From Podarcis cretensis (Eukaryota), in NCBI GenBank assembly GCA_951804945.1, contig OX638153.1, positions 52,142,001 to 52,206,000 on the forward strand: a DNA stretch of 64,000 nt. Reading direction: 5' to 3'. This document shows, piece after piece, positions 27,092 through 39,561 of this stretch. The notes beneath the pieces were generated by a model that had not been told where the DNA came from, searched no databases, and saw only the letters and a program-made list of their open reading frames with translations. A program made the translations under genes and the position numbers. Positions within the stretch are counted from its first letter, which is position 1; the number at the start of each line of letters is the position of its first letter.

Positions 27092-27581
27092 CTATGTACT
27101 AGAATAACTGCCAGATAAGCTTAGTAGTGTTAAGAGGAATTTCTCTCTCTAAATGAGTTGTCTCATTTTTAGAAAGCTAAAGTTGTAATCTGGCTGTTCA
27201 AATGTTTCTTGAACTTGTAATTTCCAAAAGGTATTCAATAATCTGCATTGACAATGACCTGTGCTATTTTGCTGCTTCTGTCACACAATCACAGTGCTTA
27301 CGCATGCATCTGATGGGAAGTTACAGAGTTTAGGTGGAATGCTGTCCTTAAAGGACAATGCATGAACTTTATCTAACAATTAGATGTACAGTACGTTTTC
27401 AATCCATGTGTATAGCTCGGAATCACAAAACTAACAGAATTGGCATGCATATAATATGAATAACTGCTCTATTGTCTAAAAAAACAGAATGAAGCACATG
27501 GTATGGGTGTGAATCAGAGGGAAAGGTGAGGAGGGGAGCACTACATACAGAAAAGAGTGTGTGTTGGACTGAGATACCTAC

Positions 27582-27606
27582 CATCATAATATTCCAAATT
27601 CAAAGA
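27582..27606 (-). CDS. TCF7L2: TCF7L2 alternative microexon 16 (25 nt, '13b'): TCTTTGAATTTGGAATATTATGATG
   Basis: Acceptor tctctgttctgatccaagcag|, donor ATG|gtaggt; length, position and sequence match my recollection of the human 25-nt exon. Confidence 0.85.
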
Positions 27607-28402
27607 CTGCTTGGATCAGAACAGAGAAATAACAAATTTAACCATATTAAGGGGAAAAAAGAATTCAACAAGAGATAGTTTGCTTCCCTTCACCAAGAAA
27701 CAAGTGCATACTGAATTTATCCTGCAGTAGAACATGGGTTGTTTCAAATGTTTTGGTCTACGGTGCCATTAAGCTGAACAATGCAGAACAATGTCCTGTA
27801 ATTTGATTAAAATCCCAAAACAACTTGCCAAGCAAATGTCAACTTAACAAGCCAGAGACAAATGGACTACTGCAAATATTTATTGCCAGGCACCTTATGA
27901 ATGTGCCTAATATGAATTTTAGTTGAGCTTTCATAAGCACACAAGATTGATTCAAAAATATACAGAAGAATTTGTTATATAGACTCCCAATATATTATTA
28001 GCTTAGATCCAAGCAGAAATTCTAATTTGTATCCTCTTTCATCACAGTGAAAATACCAGTGCTGCAAATATCCTTTGGAGACTGAGAGCATACACTTATA
28101 GACACTTGTACGGATGTCCACTTAACACACTTGTTTGACCAAGAAAATGTTAGTTTCTGCATCTTGGGGATGTGTGTACCAACTCCCAGTTCTACTACCA
28201 AAAGAGAGGTTATTGGTCAAGAAGGAAAAGAAATTTGCATTGAATTAGCAAAGAATTCTGAAGATCAAAAATTGATTAGCAATCAATGTCGTAGAAGCAA
28301 GGAAGGCGAGAAGTGGAAGGGGAGGGGTTAAAAATAAACCACACATTTAATACTAAGATGACAGAATGCTTTTAGTTCCCAAAGGCCTAATGGGTAGTAT
28401 AC

Positions 28403-28475
28403 CTGCACGGTTTGCACCATAAACTCTGTCGGTCAAGCCCGAACAATGCCCGACACTTCTTTGGAGTATTTGCAT
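28403..28475 (-). CDS. TCF7L2: TCF7L2 alternative exon 15 (73 nt), C-clamp CRALF: [24 protein letters not shown]; after exon 14 it reads [14 protein letters not shown] (stop 28433-28435)
   Basis: Acceptor gctaacag|ATGC, donor GCAG|gtatac; same length as and paralogous to exon 14. Confidence 0.96.
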
Positions 28476-28718
28476 CTGTTAGCACAAGGTAAACACAAAA
28501 AAATACAACACAATGGTGGATAGAGCTCAGTTGGATGCGAAATCTTAGCTACAGCTAACGTTTCTCCCAGTTCATTTGGCAATCTCGCAGACCAAAGGGC
28601 AAGAAAGAAAGAGGATCTCCACAAGGCGACACACACTTACAATGCCTAAGCCTGCTGTGCATTCTCTTCACTTAGCCCTGCTGAACTGTGCACTGTGGTA
28701 TCAAAGGATGTTTAGCAA

Positions 28719-28720
<2 letters not shown>

Positions 28721-28762
<42 letters not shown>
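28721..28762. repeat. (AT)n microsatellite between exons 14 and 15
   Basis: Direct read. Confidence 0.95.
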
Positions 28763-28770
<8 letters not shown>

Positions 28771-29108
28771 ATGTATGTGGAACTTTCCAGAGAGGAGGGT
28801 GGGATTGTGTGTGCAAGCCTAGGCTGATGCTGTCTTACAGTGGGAATTTTCCAGCTAGCGGCAGTGTGCAGGTGGGTGGAGGAAACAAAAATGAGGGGGG
28901 GGGGGGCGGCAGAAGAGAGCGAAATCCTTTAAACAGAAAGAGATGATCATTCATGGCAGCGTCCCACTCCCTTGTGTCTTCTAGATCACAACACAGAGCT
29001 ACAAAGCAACAAAGCAGGAGGAGAGGGAGGGGAAGGGGGGAAGTACCAAATAAACCAGCTGCAAAACCAGCCATAGCAAGTCGGGGTTGGGGGGGAGACT
29101 ATACACAC

Positions 29109-29181
29109 CTGCAGGGGCCGCACCAGTTATTCTGTTGATCAAGGCCAAAGCGCGCTCGGCATTTCTTAGGAGCGCTCAGGT
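29109..29181 (-). CDS. TCF7L2: TCF7L2 alternative exon 14 (73 nt), C-clamp CRARF: [24 protein letters not shown]
   Basis: Acceptor cattcag|ACCTG, donor GCAG|gtgtgt. Confidence 0.96.
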
Positions 29182-29196
29182 CTGAATGAGGTCAAG

Positions 29197-29331
29197 NNNN
29201 NNNNNNNNNNNNNNNNNNNNNNNNNNNNNNNNNNNNNNNNNNNNNNNNNNNNNNNNNNNNNNNNNNNNNNNNNNNNNNNNNNNNNNNNNNNNNNNNNNNN
29301 NNNNNNNNNNNNNNNNNNNNNNNNNNNNNNN
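29197..29331. other. Assembly gap (N run)
   Basis: Direct read. Confidence 1.
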
Positions 29332-29456
29332 CATTATTAACTGCAAAATATCAACTTTTGATTGTTTTATTTTCTTTAAATAGTGATTGTCACATCTATC
29401 AAACTTTTGAAATTAGCTGTTGCAATTAAAGCTGCAGTATCCCTTTGGAAAGGACT

Positions 29457-29458
<2 letters not shown>

Positions 29459-29495
<37 letters not shown>
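29459..29495. repeat. (TAA)n microsatellite
   Basis: Direct read. Confidence 0.95.
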
Positions 29496-29496
<1 letters not shown>

Positions 29497-30314
29497 GGAA
29501 GAATTGCAATTGATTCAAGAGGCATTGGAGGCACAACCCGTCTACTGTTTCCGCACAAGCCCCAAGAAATGCAGCGGGTTTGTGAAGAACACTATTTGGT
29601 GGACTTCTCTTTTGATACAGAAATATTTATTTTTATAGGGGGAAAAGGTGTGTGGAGGGGAGACAAGGAACTTAGTATAGAAATAGCTAACATGCTTTCT
29701 TCTTGGGGCGGGGGATAATGCAGCTTTGGGAATAAACATTCAATTTGTATTTTTTTAAAAAATAATTTAAAAAAGAAAAAAAGAAATGGCTCAGAATAAG
29801 CAGAAAGCAAAATGGATATGTTAGTTTCAGCCAGAAATAAAATGATCAGAAGCATGGAAGCAAGTGGTATGCAGGTAAAGCAGGTGAATAGCAATGGATA
29901 TGTTTGAGTAGAAAGGCATATGTCTATATATATATCTCTCTATACAGATATATATATCGCATGCAGGCATGAGAAGACTTAGTGGGTGCCGCATAAAATG
30001 CCATTAGATTAAGGAGGTTCATTATTAAGCTTTTTATATCAGTCTCTTTAAAGAAATACTGCATATTCAATTTGCACAGTTAGTACAAATGAGTTATTTT
30101 TACTGCATTACTGTTTAATAGCAACTATAATGAATAACAAATCAGAAACAAAGAAAAAAAACTAACCATAGCACATATATATATACGCTACAAACGTGTG
30201 AATGATAAATTTATTTTTAATGTCAGTGTTTAAATGTTAATAAAATCTAAAATGGCAGGATAAAAAAAGAGCAATTTACAAACTATTTTAAATGGCTGAA
30301 AATGACATTAGCAC

Positions 30315-30365
30315 CTGTAATCGGAGGAAGTGAAAGGCAAGGATTTAGGAAACATTCGCTGTGTT
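30315..30365 (-). CDS. TCF7L2: TCF7L2 alternative exon 13 (51 nt): EHSECFLNPCLSLPPIT
   Basis: Acceptor tttttttcag|AACAC, weak donor ACAG|gtgcta; peptide matches the known cassette exon. Confidence 0.95.
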
Positions 30366-30896
30366 CTGAAAAAAAAGAACAAATTATACAAAGGCTTCAA
30401 AGAAAAAAATTAATCAGGGCTTTTTCAAAATTGACTATGAGATTGCCTATGCAGTATTTCTAATTTTCTAGAAAGAATGGCAAACCTCCTTAATTTAAAA
30501 AAAATGGCTGCAATTTACCACTGTAAAGGCATGCATCAGTTCACACAGAAACAGCCCAGATTAATACCAAACTCTCTCTCACACACACACCTTTGGTAAT
30601 AATGGCACAGGCATTAACAAACTATGGCTCTACAGTGAGTAGCTCTGCAGTTATTAAGGACAAATGTAACTACCATTATAATATGCTATTCATGCATTTA
30701 CGTGGCTACTAGTTTTAAAAGGCGAGCAATAAGAATTTAACTGTACTTAAAATCCAACAGGAAAAAGCTGGATGTAGTAATGGCCCTGTGGCAAGAAGGC
30801 TGGGAGATTTCAAACTTTCTTCTTATGCACAGTATTAGTAACTTATGGCCTTCATTGTTCCACTAAGGAATACGTAAAACATTCCATTTTACTTAC

Positions 30897-30945
30897 CATT
30901 GGTCTCTCCTGGCTGTTTGTCCCTTTTCCTTTTCTTCTTTTTGCC
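30897..30945 (-). CDS. TCF7L2: TCF7L2 exon 12 (49 nt), basic tail/NLS: GKKKKRKRDKQPGETN
   Basis: Acceptor tttcattcag|GGC, donor AATG|gtaagt. Confidence 0.97.
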
Positions 30946-31809
30946 CTGAATGAAACACAAATACATGAAAGGGTTGTTACAGAACCTACTTTCAAAAAGA
31001 GGCAAGAGGAAAGGAATGTTCTGCAAAGCTTGCTAGAATTGTACATATTTGAAAACATTTCAATGTGTGTGGCAACACAACGCTTTTCAGCATCTCAAAT
31101 TGCCCACTTTCTACTTAACATTTCATTCTAGTCATAGCGACACTTCAGAACTCCTAAGAGTATAACTTACACATGTGTACAAAGAGCAGCACATAAATGT
31201 ATGATAAAATAAATCAATAAATAAGTCACCAAATGTGTGTTTGGGTTAAAGGTGGGTCTTGGATCTGAAGCGCTGAAGACTACTGATATAGACTACTACT
31301 GGATAAAATCATGTCAGAGTATTTAATGTTAACACTTCCCATAAAGAATCCAAAACTGGCCAGCAATCAAGACTCTTGTTTGTGTTACATAAATTACCAT
31401 TACATACTTCTGCTCTTCATCCAGTCAGAACAAATGGGACTGGGGATGGGTGGGAAAATATTGTACCCAAAATATGCTCTACAATGTCTGACAAAATCTC
31501 ATGAACAAATAAAGTTAAAAATGGATTGCAAACTTGCATTCAGCAGGAAACCTTTTCCTGTCAACAGTTTTAATTATTTACTTGTGTTTTTATCTTGTAT
31601 TTTATTTTGTAAACCACCCTGAGATCTTATGATGAAGGGGGGTATATAAATTTAAACAAACAAACAAACAAACAAAGACGTAAGTATTAGAAATAAGGCT
31701 CAACTTCCCCATGAACCTTAAGGAAGCATCATTCTTATTTTTAATATGCCAAGAAATGAAAAGAACAGCAGTCCTATTCAGGTATTATACCAGTAAGGAA
31801 ATAAAACAC

Positions 31810-32739
31810 CTGAGAAGGAAGATGGGGGTGAACATGCTAGGCTCAACCCCATCACTATTGCCATTGCCCCTCACAAATTGAGCCGCAACCGTCTGCAGGG
31901 AGGTTTTTCCCACTTGGCTAGGATTCCTCCATGATGCAGAGCTCACTTTTATCACAAGCAGAAGCCAGTTCCCGGCTGCAATTAGTCATGGAGAGCAACC
32001 TTGTGGGTGTATGTGAAGTAAAGCTAGCATGCTCACACTCATCTGTCCTGCCGCTTTCCCTCATTAGTGTAAGGCCTGAATAGGGCTCGTGTCTATGTTC
32101 AGTAAATTTGCTTTCCCTACAACAGAACTGGCAATGCTGAGCAAACATTAAAAGGCTGCTCAGTCTCACCTTGCTTTATTGGCTCTGCGTAGTGTGGTTA
32201 GCCTGGTGGTTACTTGCATGTTCTGCTTCTAATAAGGAGATATTAATGGAAATTCACAAGGGAGTAACAGAGACTAGATCTCTGTTCACCAGCGGGTAAA
32301 CTGAAAGCAGGCTCTCGGAACGAGAAAGCTTTGGGCTTAGTGAAGATTTGGCTACAACCCTAAGGTAGGTGGGCGAGAGGCTTTCCTAGATCTGTGATGT
32401 CTTCTCTTCAATAGCTTGGTCTAGTTCCCACTTCAGCGATTCATTTTGGGTTTCAACTCAGCATGTCCACTATGATGTTTAGGTTCCCTGGAATGTACCA
32501 GTAAGAAGAGGAGATGTGAACGTTCCTTTTGAAAATGTAGCTCATGCAGGTCTCCAGGCATAAGGTCTTTGAACTTGTTCCTCCTTGCTCATTCTGGTTG
32601 TAAACTGCTACCCTGCCGATTTGGATGTGACAAATAAAGTCTTGTTCAGGTGAACTTTTGCTGATGGAAGGCTGTGTCTGTGCTTGCTTGTTTTGTTCAG
32701 ATTTAATGCACCTGCCGGGAATTTTGTGGCACTACTACA
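31810..32739 (+). mobile_element. Possible solo LTR
   Basis: Block richer in GC than its flanks, with AATAAA near 32633, a U5-like GT-rich segment and a ...ctactaCA end. No TSD or clear 5' TG found. Confidence 0.3.
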
Positions 32740-35700
32740 GAAATGGAGTAATTACCCAACTTAAGCCTCAACTTAATCTCTACGACATATAAGGTGATCT
32801 GCAGAATGGAACTAGTATCTCAGCTATATAGTACTACCATACTCAAAATCCACAAAGATTAATGTTTCATAGCCTTTTCATAAATAATTCCACAGGGGGG
32901 GCCAAAACAACTCAGACATTTCAATGGTGTACTGCATAACTAAGGATCAACATTTTTTACGCAATATTATTGAAACAGTTTTAAATTTATGGTATAAAAT
33001 ATATAGATTTTATTTTACCAACAAAAGTGACAAGGATAGTAAACTAGTAAACATCTTTCATGGAGAGTTTATTATTTTGCATGAAAAGGACTGGAGCAAA
33101 ACAGGTAGAACTGAATTAATCCTTCTAGAGGAAGAGGTGGGAAATTCAATTCCCCCTCCCCACATAAAAGTCAAGCAATTATAAGTTTCTACTTGACCAG
33201 CTTCCTTTACCATCAGATAACAAGATAGCTTGTTGAAAAGTAAATTCCTATCATTTAATCTGACACTGTTATAAGCATTTTAGAAAAACTATTCTCCCCT
33301 TCGAAAGTAATCCATCAAAAATACCTGACAAGTGCATCTTTTCACTTCAGATAGTTTGGTTGACTTTCCAAACCAAGCTAGAAAATCTGTGTTAATATAG
33401 ATGAACTTGACAAAGGCCCTTCCATATTTCCTCAAAAACAAGTTTCTGAACCCAGTACATAATATTAAATAAGTGGCAATGTTGTTGGAAGAGAAACAGT
33501 ATAAAGATGATTTGTTTCTATTAGAATCCTTGCATTCTGGAAGAGATGTGTACTTTTCACTATAGAATATGCAACGTTCACAAGCTCCTACACATGATGT
33601 CTAACAGCTATAATTAGGTGGACTGGCAAACCTCTTTTTGTTTACTGAGCCACCATATAGACATTTCCAGCCTAAGGCAAGGATAGGGAATGTGTGGCTC
33701 TCTACATAGTGTCAACCCAATATGATGGGCGCTGCAGTCCAACAGCATGTGATGGGCCAGAGGTTCTTCATCACTGGTGTTAATAATAATTAAATTTATA
33801 CATTGCCCCTCACCCGAGCATCACAGGGAGTTTTATAATATAAAAACACATAACCTAATATTAGTAAATGTTACACAGACAGCATGGGAACATATGATAT
33901 CAGTTATATGGTATCTTGAAAATGAATGGAAAATATGTAGCTGTCTCTCAAAACTGCTACATTTTACGGTATTCAAAAGCACTGTCTTACTGGATCAGCC
34001 CAATATCTACCTACACTTAATATTCATTCCCCAATAACAGACAGTTGGATGCTTCTAGGTGGCTTAAAACCAAGAAACTCTGTTCCACTGCTAGTCCCCA
34101 GAGTTTGCTCACCAGAAACCTAGAGCCTCTGAAGATGGAGATGCTATGACATGGCTAATAGCCATTGACTAATTATTGATTAATTAAAATCAATCTAAGC
34201 TAAGAGACATTATATCTCGCCATAATAAATGTTAATAAGGCATTGCATGTTTAAGTGCTTCCTTTTTGACTTCTAAACCTTACACTGCTAAGCTCTACTC
34301 TATTGTTCTCCCTCATCATTCACTTGATAAAAATGCATGGTTTTATAAATCCTTATTATATCCCTCCTTAATTTTGTATTTTCCAAACTAATAATCCCCA
34401 AAGACTGTTGCTCTTTCAGCAAACTGGCATACTCTTTGAGAGAGAGGACCAGAAATGCACACAGTATTCAGAGTGATCATACTTTTATTTGATAATTTCA
34501 GTCCTTCTTTAGTATTTCCTAACACTGAATTTTTATTTTTCGCTGATGAAACAGGTACTTTTAGTGAGCTCTCCACTCTGAACCCATAGCTCTCTAGGTA
34601 TTTTTGTGATTTTTGTAAGTAGCTTTAGTAATAATAATAATAAAATTTTATTTATATCCCGCCCTCCCCAGCTGAAGCCGGGCTCAGAGCGGCTAATGTT
34701 GTTTTACTGATTTATTTGTTTATTTAACCTTATACCTTTTAATTTAAAATTACAAGTAACTATAGCTAGGCCATCTTCATGTGATGTCACAGTGAACTGA
34801 TGCTTCTATGTGTGTGTGGCATATGAAACCGCTACAATTTCCATAGTGGTACAAGCTCAAAAACCTTAGACCTCTGATATATACGCATCCTGCAGAGATG
34901 CGCCAGCTCCCACAAACAAGAGAATTTATATAAGCATAGATTAGATGTGAGCTGGTGGTGAGACCTTGTGTGATCTAAGTGATCTTGGGTAGGGCCATTG
35001 TCACGTGTGAGCCAGCTGTCAATTTATTAGTACTGTACATTTGTGTCTTGCTCATCAAAATAAATTTTTGTAGCCCCATGGAGACTGAATAGCAAGGGTA
35101 TTGTAAACTGAATCCATCCATCCTGGGACTGAAATTGAACTTCTGAGATTATTTTTAAAATGAAAATTCATGCTATTGTATAACAACTGTTAATCTGTCT
35201 ACAGGGAGTGGTTTTTTAAAAATATTTTTCAAGTATACAAAATTCTTATCCTGGTTGACATGCTGCTTAAATAAAAATAAAAATATGAACCCTAAATTTA
35301 ATACTTAAATTTTGACCGGACACTTGGAACCAAGGACTTAGCATCTGATATTTAATTTTGCTTGAAGTTGTGAAAAAAATTAAGATATGTGCACAGAGGC
35401 CTCCAAAACTTCATTATGTATGGCAGACACTATCATGTGTGTGAGACATAAATACAAGATGAAAAGGACACAGAGGGTCATCTAGTCACTACATACAGTG
35501 CAGTCCCCATTTCCTTTCTATATCTGTAGAAAGACTGTTGTCCAAAGAAAGCACGTGGAAGAGGATAGACTCCAAGAATTCTGAGTGTTATGCAGAAAAA
35601 AGTAAAACCCTTGTAGATCATGTGCTTGTGTGATCCAAAGCTATTGAGTTCTCCTACTGTAGTAAGGTTCCCCCTGAAGGTCAGGTGGGGATAGAGCCTC

Positions 35701-38165
35701 AAGCTGCTGGGGACGTATCAGCTTTCTTATCCTGTCCTTTTTAGCTTGAGAAGAAAGGGATTTTCAGTGCTCACACGCTGAGGACAAATGTAAAGGTCCT
35801 AAACATTTAAGACACAGTACATGCCCATCTGTCAGTGACACAGTCACTAAAGCAGAGGAAATGTTTCCTGGAAATCTTTCAAGCATTACGGCACATCCCA
35901 GCGCTACTCCCCCAGGAACTCCCGAGAGGAATCAGACTGCAGAATACCAGGAATGAATCGACCCTGTGGTCTGACAGCTTCATTCCACTCCATTCATGGC
36001 ACAAAATGTGGGCTATGAATTTGGTGGTGGCAAAAATGGTCGGAGACAGCTCCTGGGTTGTAAGGGAAATCACCTCAAAAGAGGGTATACAGATACTCTC
36101 TTATGCATGTGAAGAAATAAAAACTAAGGAAGGATAATGTGAGGATTTTGATACCACAGATGTTGATTATAAGTTTTAAACAACACTTCATCTTTAGGAG
36201 CCAAAATACTAAACTAAGACGCTGTCTTTGTTTTCTCTCAATAAATGGAATTAATAAAATGTTGCCTAGTAGCATATTAATATGCCTCTCCTCTCCATGT
36301 AAGGCTATATAGGCTTATGCATGCAAATATGTGCAGCTGCATAAGAACATAGGTTACCTAATTTACAGAAGAACAAATTCCTGCCTTTGCAAAACAAAAC
36401 AAAACTAATGCACACACACACCCCCACACACTTAGATCTAAGATTCACTGAGTTCTATGGAGCTTACTCCCAGGAAAGTGTGCATAGGACTGCAGTCTAA
36501 ATAAATAATCAAGACAGCAGATTCAACAAAATTGCTAAGTATAATGCATATCAGATTGTCTGCAATAAGAGAGGTAAGATTGGCAGGAACAATATAATGA
36601 CCAGTGGCAAAGGAGGTCAGGGATCCTGTACCTATTATACCTGTATGAAGAAGGAATTTCAGAGGTCCAGCTTCTCATGTTAAGGTGAAACCTCTCCAAT
36701 ATAACTCTTAAAGCTACAGGATCTGGTCATCCTACCAGATATAAAGCACACCCTTCTCAATTATAGGGCTTTGTAGAACCAGCTGCTCAGGAGATCTGTC
36801 AAAGCCTACTTGTATTAACTTTTCCATAGTGCTTGCAAGACTTGGTTTAAACATCTGTTTGGTAGGGTCTAATATGTTGGGGCTGTGTGGGTGTATTTCA
36901 GCTTTTATGTCATCTTGTATATTATTCTAATTCTGCGAAACAGCTCAAAAGTATCTGTGGCAAAAGCAGAGGAGCAATGTTTTTAAATGAAATAAATTGA
37001 TTACCCCCCTTCCACTTGTGATCTTGCAATAATGTCTTGATACTGTTGACATCTGGCCTCTATTTAAATTTTCCCTTACATGATTGGTGCCTTTCAGTGA
37101 TTGATTGATTGATTAATTAATTAATTAATTAATTAATTATGTCTGGGAAGCTTTAGAGATTTTACCAATTTCTATTAGGTACAATCTTTAAACTTGGAAA
37201 TACTTATCAGTGAGCTATTACTTCCTTCTAAATGTACATGCTATGCTTATTTCCTGCCTATGGGATTTTGGTTGCAATTCAGCCATAGCTGTGACCAAAC
37301 AGTCATGCATATTAATTGGTAGATTTATGCAGGTTTGCATCCCCTTCACATCTAAAGATGAAGCCAGCCACTCCATCAGGGTTTGAATGAACATTTTAGT
37401 GTCCAATGCTCATTCACAATGCATTTGCATTGCCAGCACAAAAGAAGGTTTGTCATGCATGCAAAAGGCACCTTCCATGCACATCTCTCTCTTGCTAAAT
37501 CGAGACACTGATCTCTGAAAGCAAGCAGCCACAGTTAGAATAACTCAATGGAAGAAAAGTGTGGCAAATGAGAATTGCACAGGAATAGTTCACCAATAGC
37601 TAGCACCAAGATGTTTGGTAAAGACATCATGAACTGAAAGCATTTATGAAAAAATTGTGACCATGACAGACAACAGTACAATAATATAAAAAAGTAGAGG
37701 GTGGAATAATTTATTTAGCCCCACTTGAGAGCAAGACCTCCAAGTCTTTGCCAGTCCTTCTCTGAAGCTAGGGTAAGCCATTCTTCCACTTTCCACTATA
37801 CTCTCACACAGGTATGCAACAAGGCACTAATTTGGGGGGTAAGGGAAGGAGATGAGGGTGATAATAGAGGGGGAGCTCTTTCTTGTTTTATTATTTTCTT
37901 TTTTTGGAAACTGCACAAAAGCTGGTGCCCTGATGGAAGACACACGGCCAGATTTCCCCGCCCCCCCTCAGAGCTCTACTGACACACCTCAGTTGAATGG
38001 GTGCCAATTGTATCCAAATGGGTTGGCGACAAAACCAAAACATCCGCTAGAATTACTGGATTGGTAGTGCTTGTCTTCCGTGTGTGGGTGTACTTCAGCA
38101 GATTACAGCAGTACTTGTCTACAAGCTCTACTACTGAAAAAAATTCCACCTACATAGCCACCTAC

Positions 38166-38273
38166 ATAGTTATCCCGTGCGGACCAGCCGGGGTAAAGCT
38201 GCATGTGGAGCTGTCGTTCCTTTCTGGCTAGTTCATAATATTTAGCTTGTTCTTCTCTGGATAATGCATGCCA
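38166..38273 (-). CDS. TCF7L2: TCF7L2 exon 11 (108 nt), second HMG-box exon: [36 protein letters not shown]
   Basis: Acceptor tctctgcag|TGG, donor TAT|gtaggt; ORF 38103..38306. Confidence 0.98.
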
Positions 38274-39561
38274 CTGCAGAGAGAAAGAAAACAAAACCAC
38301 AAGCACAACAGAACATCAGTAATACAGTGTGTGTACAATGTGCATTCACATTCAAACTTTGGAAAATGGCAGCCAATTAAAGCATATCAACTGATGCAGA
38401 ATATTCATTTATTTATTATTAAGAACTCTGTTTTATCCAGGTTAGTTTAAGCTGGGTTATACCGATGGAGCCTTTCACTTTTGAAAACGGAATAGTGTAA
38501 TTCTTCAAGGACTTTTACCAGTGGTAGATAGTGCCCATTGGAAGACCAACAGTAGTAGAAGCAGGAGCCAATGACAGGCAGAATCAACTAATTCCAGCTT
38601 TGTCGCCAACATCCTCTTTGCTGTGTTGTGAAAGGGCAGCACTGAGACTAAGGAGGAGGAAAATGACAGGTGGTGCCATCCCAGGAATGGTTGTAAGTAA
38701 GAAGGCAGGCAGGTGAGGTCTTGATGGGACAGAGCCCCACTCACCCTGATGGACCAGCCGCCAACAGCTATTCCCCTTTAACCAGCATTCATTTGAACAA
38801 GACATGCAAGAAATGCCCATAAAGTAGACCACACTTTAAATTTGCCTCTCCCTTCCCCAGTTGTCACCATTTGTCACTCTGGTAAACCGGCCTCTTCCAA
38901 ATAATAATAATGACATACATTAATCAAACACCTATTTTTAATGCCTGTAAGGCAGGCCTGCACAATGTGTGACAGAACAAGTAAAATAGAACCTACAAGC
39001 TGTAGCTTGCTTGGAAGTCAATAAATCTTGAATTTGCTACCTGTCTTCAGAACTATGCTTTGCCACAAGTTGCAAAGGCCTGCTTTAAGACACAACTCCA
39101 CCTTCCATATGTAAGAAGTTTATTTTTACTATTATTTTTCTGCTACCAGTTACATAAATTACTATAGCTTCACATGGGACTCGTGAACAGAGGCCTACAG
39201 TTCATACAACATCCAGACTTAAGGTTCCTACATCCAGAGAATGGAGAATCAAGCTTCAAGTAAAAGCTTCTACAGTTTCTATGTACAGAGCTCTTTACTA
39301 ATAGGCTACAGTTAGCTTACAGAGAGAAGTAAGAATGCTGGGGTTCCTAAGACATGTCTCAGAATTAAGGAGCAGAGCAACCAAGGTATGGTGATGCCCA
39401 AGCACTGATGGAGAGGTGCATGCAGTTGAAAAGGCAAGGTCTACATCAAAGCGGGGTCATATCTACAGAAAAAGAAATGTATCTGCTGGATAAAAGTAAG
39501 TAGCATATGATTATGCTGTGCAGGTGCACATGCATTTGGTGAAAATGTAACTTTATTTCCT

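Noticed and set aside
34790-35070. LTR-like segment with TATATAA and AATAAA
   Set aside because: No termini, TSD or second copy identifiable.
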